Origin: Scyliorhinus canicula
Lineage: Eukaryota
Assembly (NCBI RefSeq): GCF_902713615.1
Contig: NC_052147.1
Location: 167,008,410 to 167,072,409 of the forward strand
Direction: 5' to 3'
DNA length: 64,000 nt
Under the pieces are notes generated by a model, which did no database searches, had not been told where the DNA came from, and saw only the letters and a list, made by a program, of their open reading frames with translations. Shown piece after piece: positions 62,221-64,000 of this stretch; position 1 is the stretch's first letter, and each line of letters begins with the position of its first letter. The translations under genes and the position numbers were made by a program.

Positions 62221-62678
62221 CAGAGGAGGGGGTCACTTCCGCCTCCACCATGGTGAAGACCATGGCGAAAATGAAAGAAAAAGAGTGCCCCCACAGCACA
62301 GGCCGGCCCACCGATCGGTGGGCCCCGATTGCGGGCCAGGCCATCGCGGGGGCACCCCCCGGGGTCAGATTGCCCCGCGCCCCCCCCCCCCACCAGGACC
62401 CGGAGCCCGCCCGCGCCGCCAATCCCTCCGGTCAGGTAGGTGGTTTAATCCACGCCGGCGGGAGAGGCCTGTCAGTGGCGGGACTTCGGCCCATCGCAGG
62501 CCGGAGATTCGCCGCGGGGGGCCCGCCGACCGACGCGGCGTGATTCCACCCCCTGCCGAATCTCGGGGGGGGGGGGCGGAAAATTCGGGACACAGCAGGG
62601 GCAGGATTGACGCCGGCCGGCGGGCCCCCCACGGCGATTCTCCGGCTCACAATGGGCCGAAGTCGGAGAATCCCGCCT
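62221..62678. mobile_element. truncated non-autonomous Harbinger
   Basis: Ends GGAGAATCCCGCCT; homologous to the right part of 39561-40200. Confidence 0.75.
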
Positions 62679-63050
62679 ATCGTCTCTATTGTTGTTAGCA
62701 CTATACTCCATATTCTTCACCCGATGTCTGTGTCTATATATTTACATTGTATATGTTATAATCCCCTTGGGAGTCAAGGACTGTGCTCCATTCGAATTCC
62801 CGCTGACAAAGATGAGTATGTGCACCCTCACTAACAAGGGAAAACCACATAGTATAAAAAATCTGTCAGGAGGGTGACTCTTTGGGTGGAGGAGTTATGT
62901 CTTTTGTAGTTTGGGGTACACCGAAGTAAATCTGTTATTCATTTCTACCCTACTGTGTGTTCCTGCCGTCTCTCCTGTTCGGGTCCTAAAGTGTATTTAT
63001 TGTGTACCCTCATGCATGGAACTACCTGCCTGGATTGTATGCAGAACAAT

Positions 63051-63942
63051 GGCCGGGATCATCCGAGTTCACGCCGGGTCGGAGAATCGGCGGTGATGTG
63101 GGAAATTCCGGCCATGCCGCAGCGACGCCGAGTTGCGATTTTCTGGTGACCGGAAGATCGGCGCCAGTCGCGCGCGTGCGGTCGACGGCCAAATTCCCGC
63201 CGAGTACCATCCGGCGGGAGCTCGGATCCAGGGCCATGGTGGCCATCCTGGTGGGGGGCGGTGGAGATCTGCCTCTGGGGGCAGCCTGCATGGCATCCAG
63301 GCTCGCGATCGGGGGCTACAGATCAGCGGGCGCCCGCGACCTGGAGGGGGCCTACCGCCTTCCACACGGGTCCGCTGTAGGTCTCCGCCGTGTTGCTTGG
63401 TGCTGGAGCGGAGACGGCCACCACGTGCATGCACCAGCATGGAGACGGCCATCACGCGTATGCGTAGACCGCACCGGCTGTGCAGGGCCGCCTTTTGGCG
63501 CCGGAGCAGCGCGCAGCACTCCACAGCCCACTTCCTGGCCACACCCCGCTACTCCACCCAGCCCTGGCAGAAGCCCCCTAGCCAGCGGCACAACTGTCAC
63601 TACATTATGACGATGGTGGACACTTCCCTCTCTCTCCCCCTCAGCAGCCATGAAGCCTATTTCTCGATTTTTATAAGCACACGTGAACAACACCATCAAG
63701 AATTCTCCAAGTGGAGGCGGAGAATCACGGAGGCCCCTGAGATTACTGGGTCAGGCCCGCTAATGATATGCAAATGGCATTTACTGTACGTGCAGAGTGG
63801 AATGCATTGATTCCGCTGTCGAGGTACCGGAGAATTGCGATTTGGCATGAACCTAGCGCCTGCCACAATTTCGGCATCACATCCAATTCTCCGCTCAAAC
63901 GCCTTTCCCGATTTTGGCGTCGGCCAATGGGGAATCCCGTCC
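63051..63942. mobile_element. non-autonomous Harbinger retaining an autonomous-type terminus
   Basis: aat|GGCCGGGATCATCC...GGGGAATCCCGTCC|tat; 63630-63942 homologous to 23480-23777. Confidence 0.78.
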
Positions 63943-64000
63943 TATGTTCGCCCGACAGCGGAGAATTGCTACTGATTTACGTTTCCACCTAGGAGTTCAA

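Overview
Vertebrate genomic DNA, inferred to be a cartilaginous fish (shark) from the crystallin sequence and the HE1/V-SINE, CR1, Rex1 and Harbinger repeat content. The window holds a tandem cluster of three intact, same-strand, three-exon gamma-crystallin genes (175 aa each, resembling shark gamma-S1). They are at 2887-5757, 30567-33661 and 52372-57091, each with a TATA box, SOX/Maf-like promoter motifs and AATAAA. Genes 1 and 3 use a GC donor in intron 1. The exons are 93-98% identical while the introns have diverged, and the closest pair differs between exon 2 and the flanks, suggesting exon-restricted gene conversion. A probable fourth, heavily decayed crystallin gene lies between genes 2 and 3. 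Almost everything else is nested transposable elements: a full-length but dead Ty3/Gypsy element, a PIF/Harbinger system (transposase and Myb-like relics plus many CpG-rich non-autonomous copies), a hAT derivative, solo LTRs, CR1/Rex1/RTE/L2 LINE pieces and many SINEs. Two observations stand out. (i) A 194-bp Penelope-like hairpin insertion with a 13-bp target-site duplication (TSD) carries an intact-looking minimal hammerhead ribozyme. (ii) The Gypsy element has no tRNA primer-binding site (PBS); its leader is instead complementary to the poly(A)-signal region of its own LTR. All alignments were done by eye; repeat family names come from recognition, not database search.
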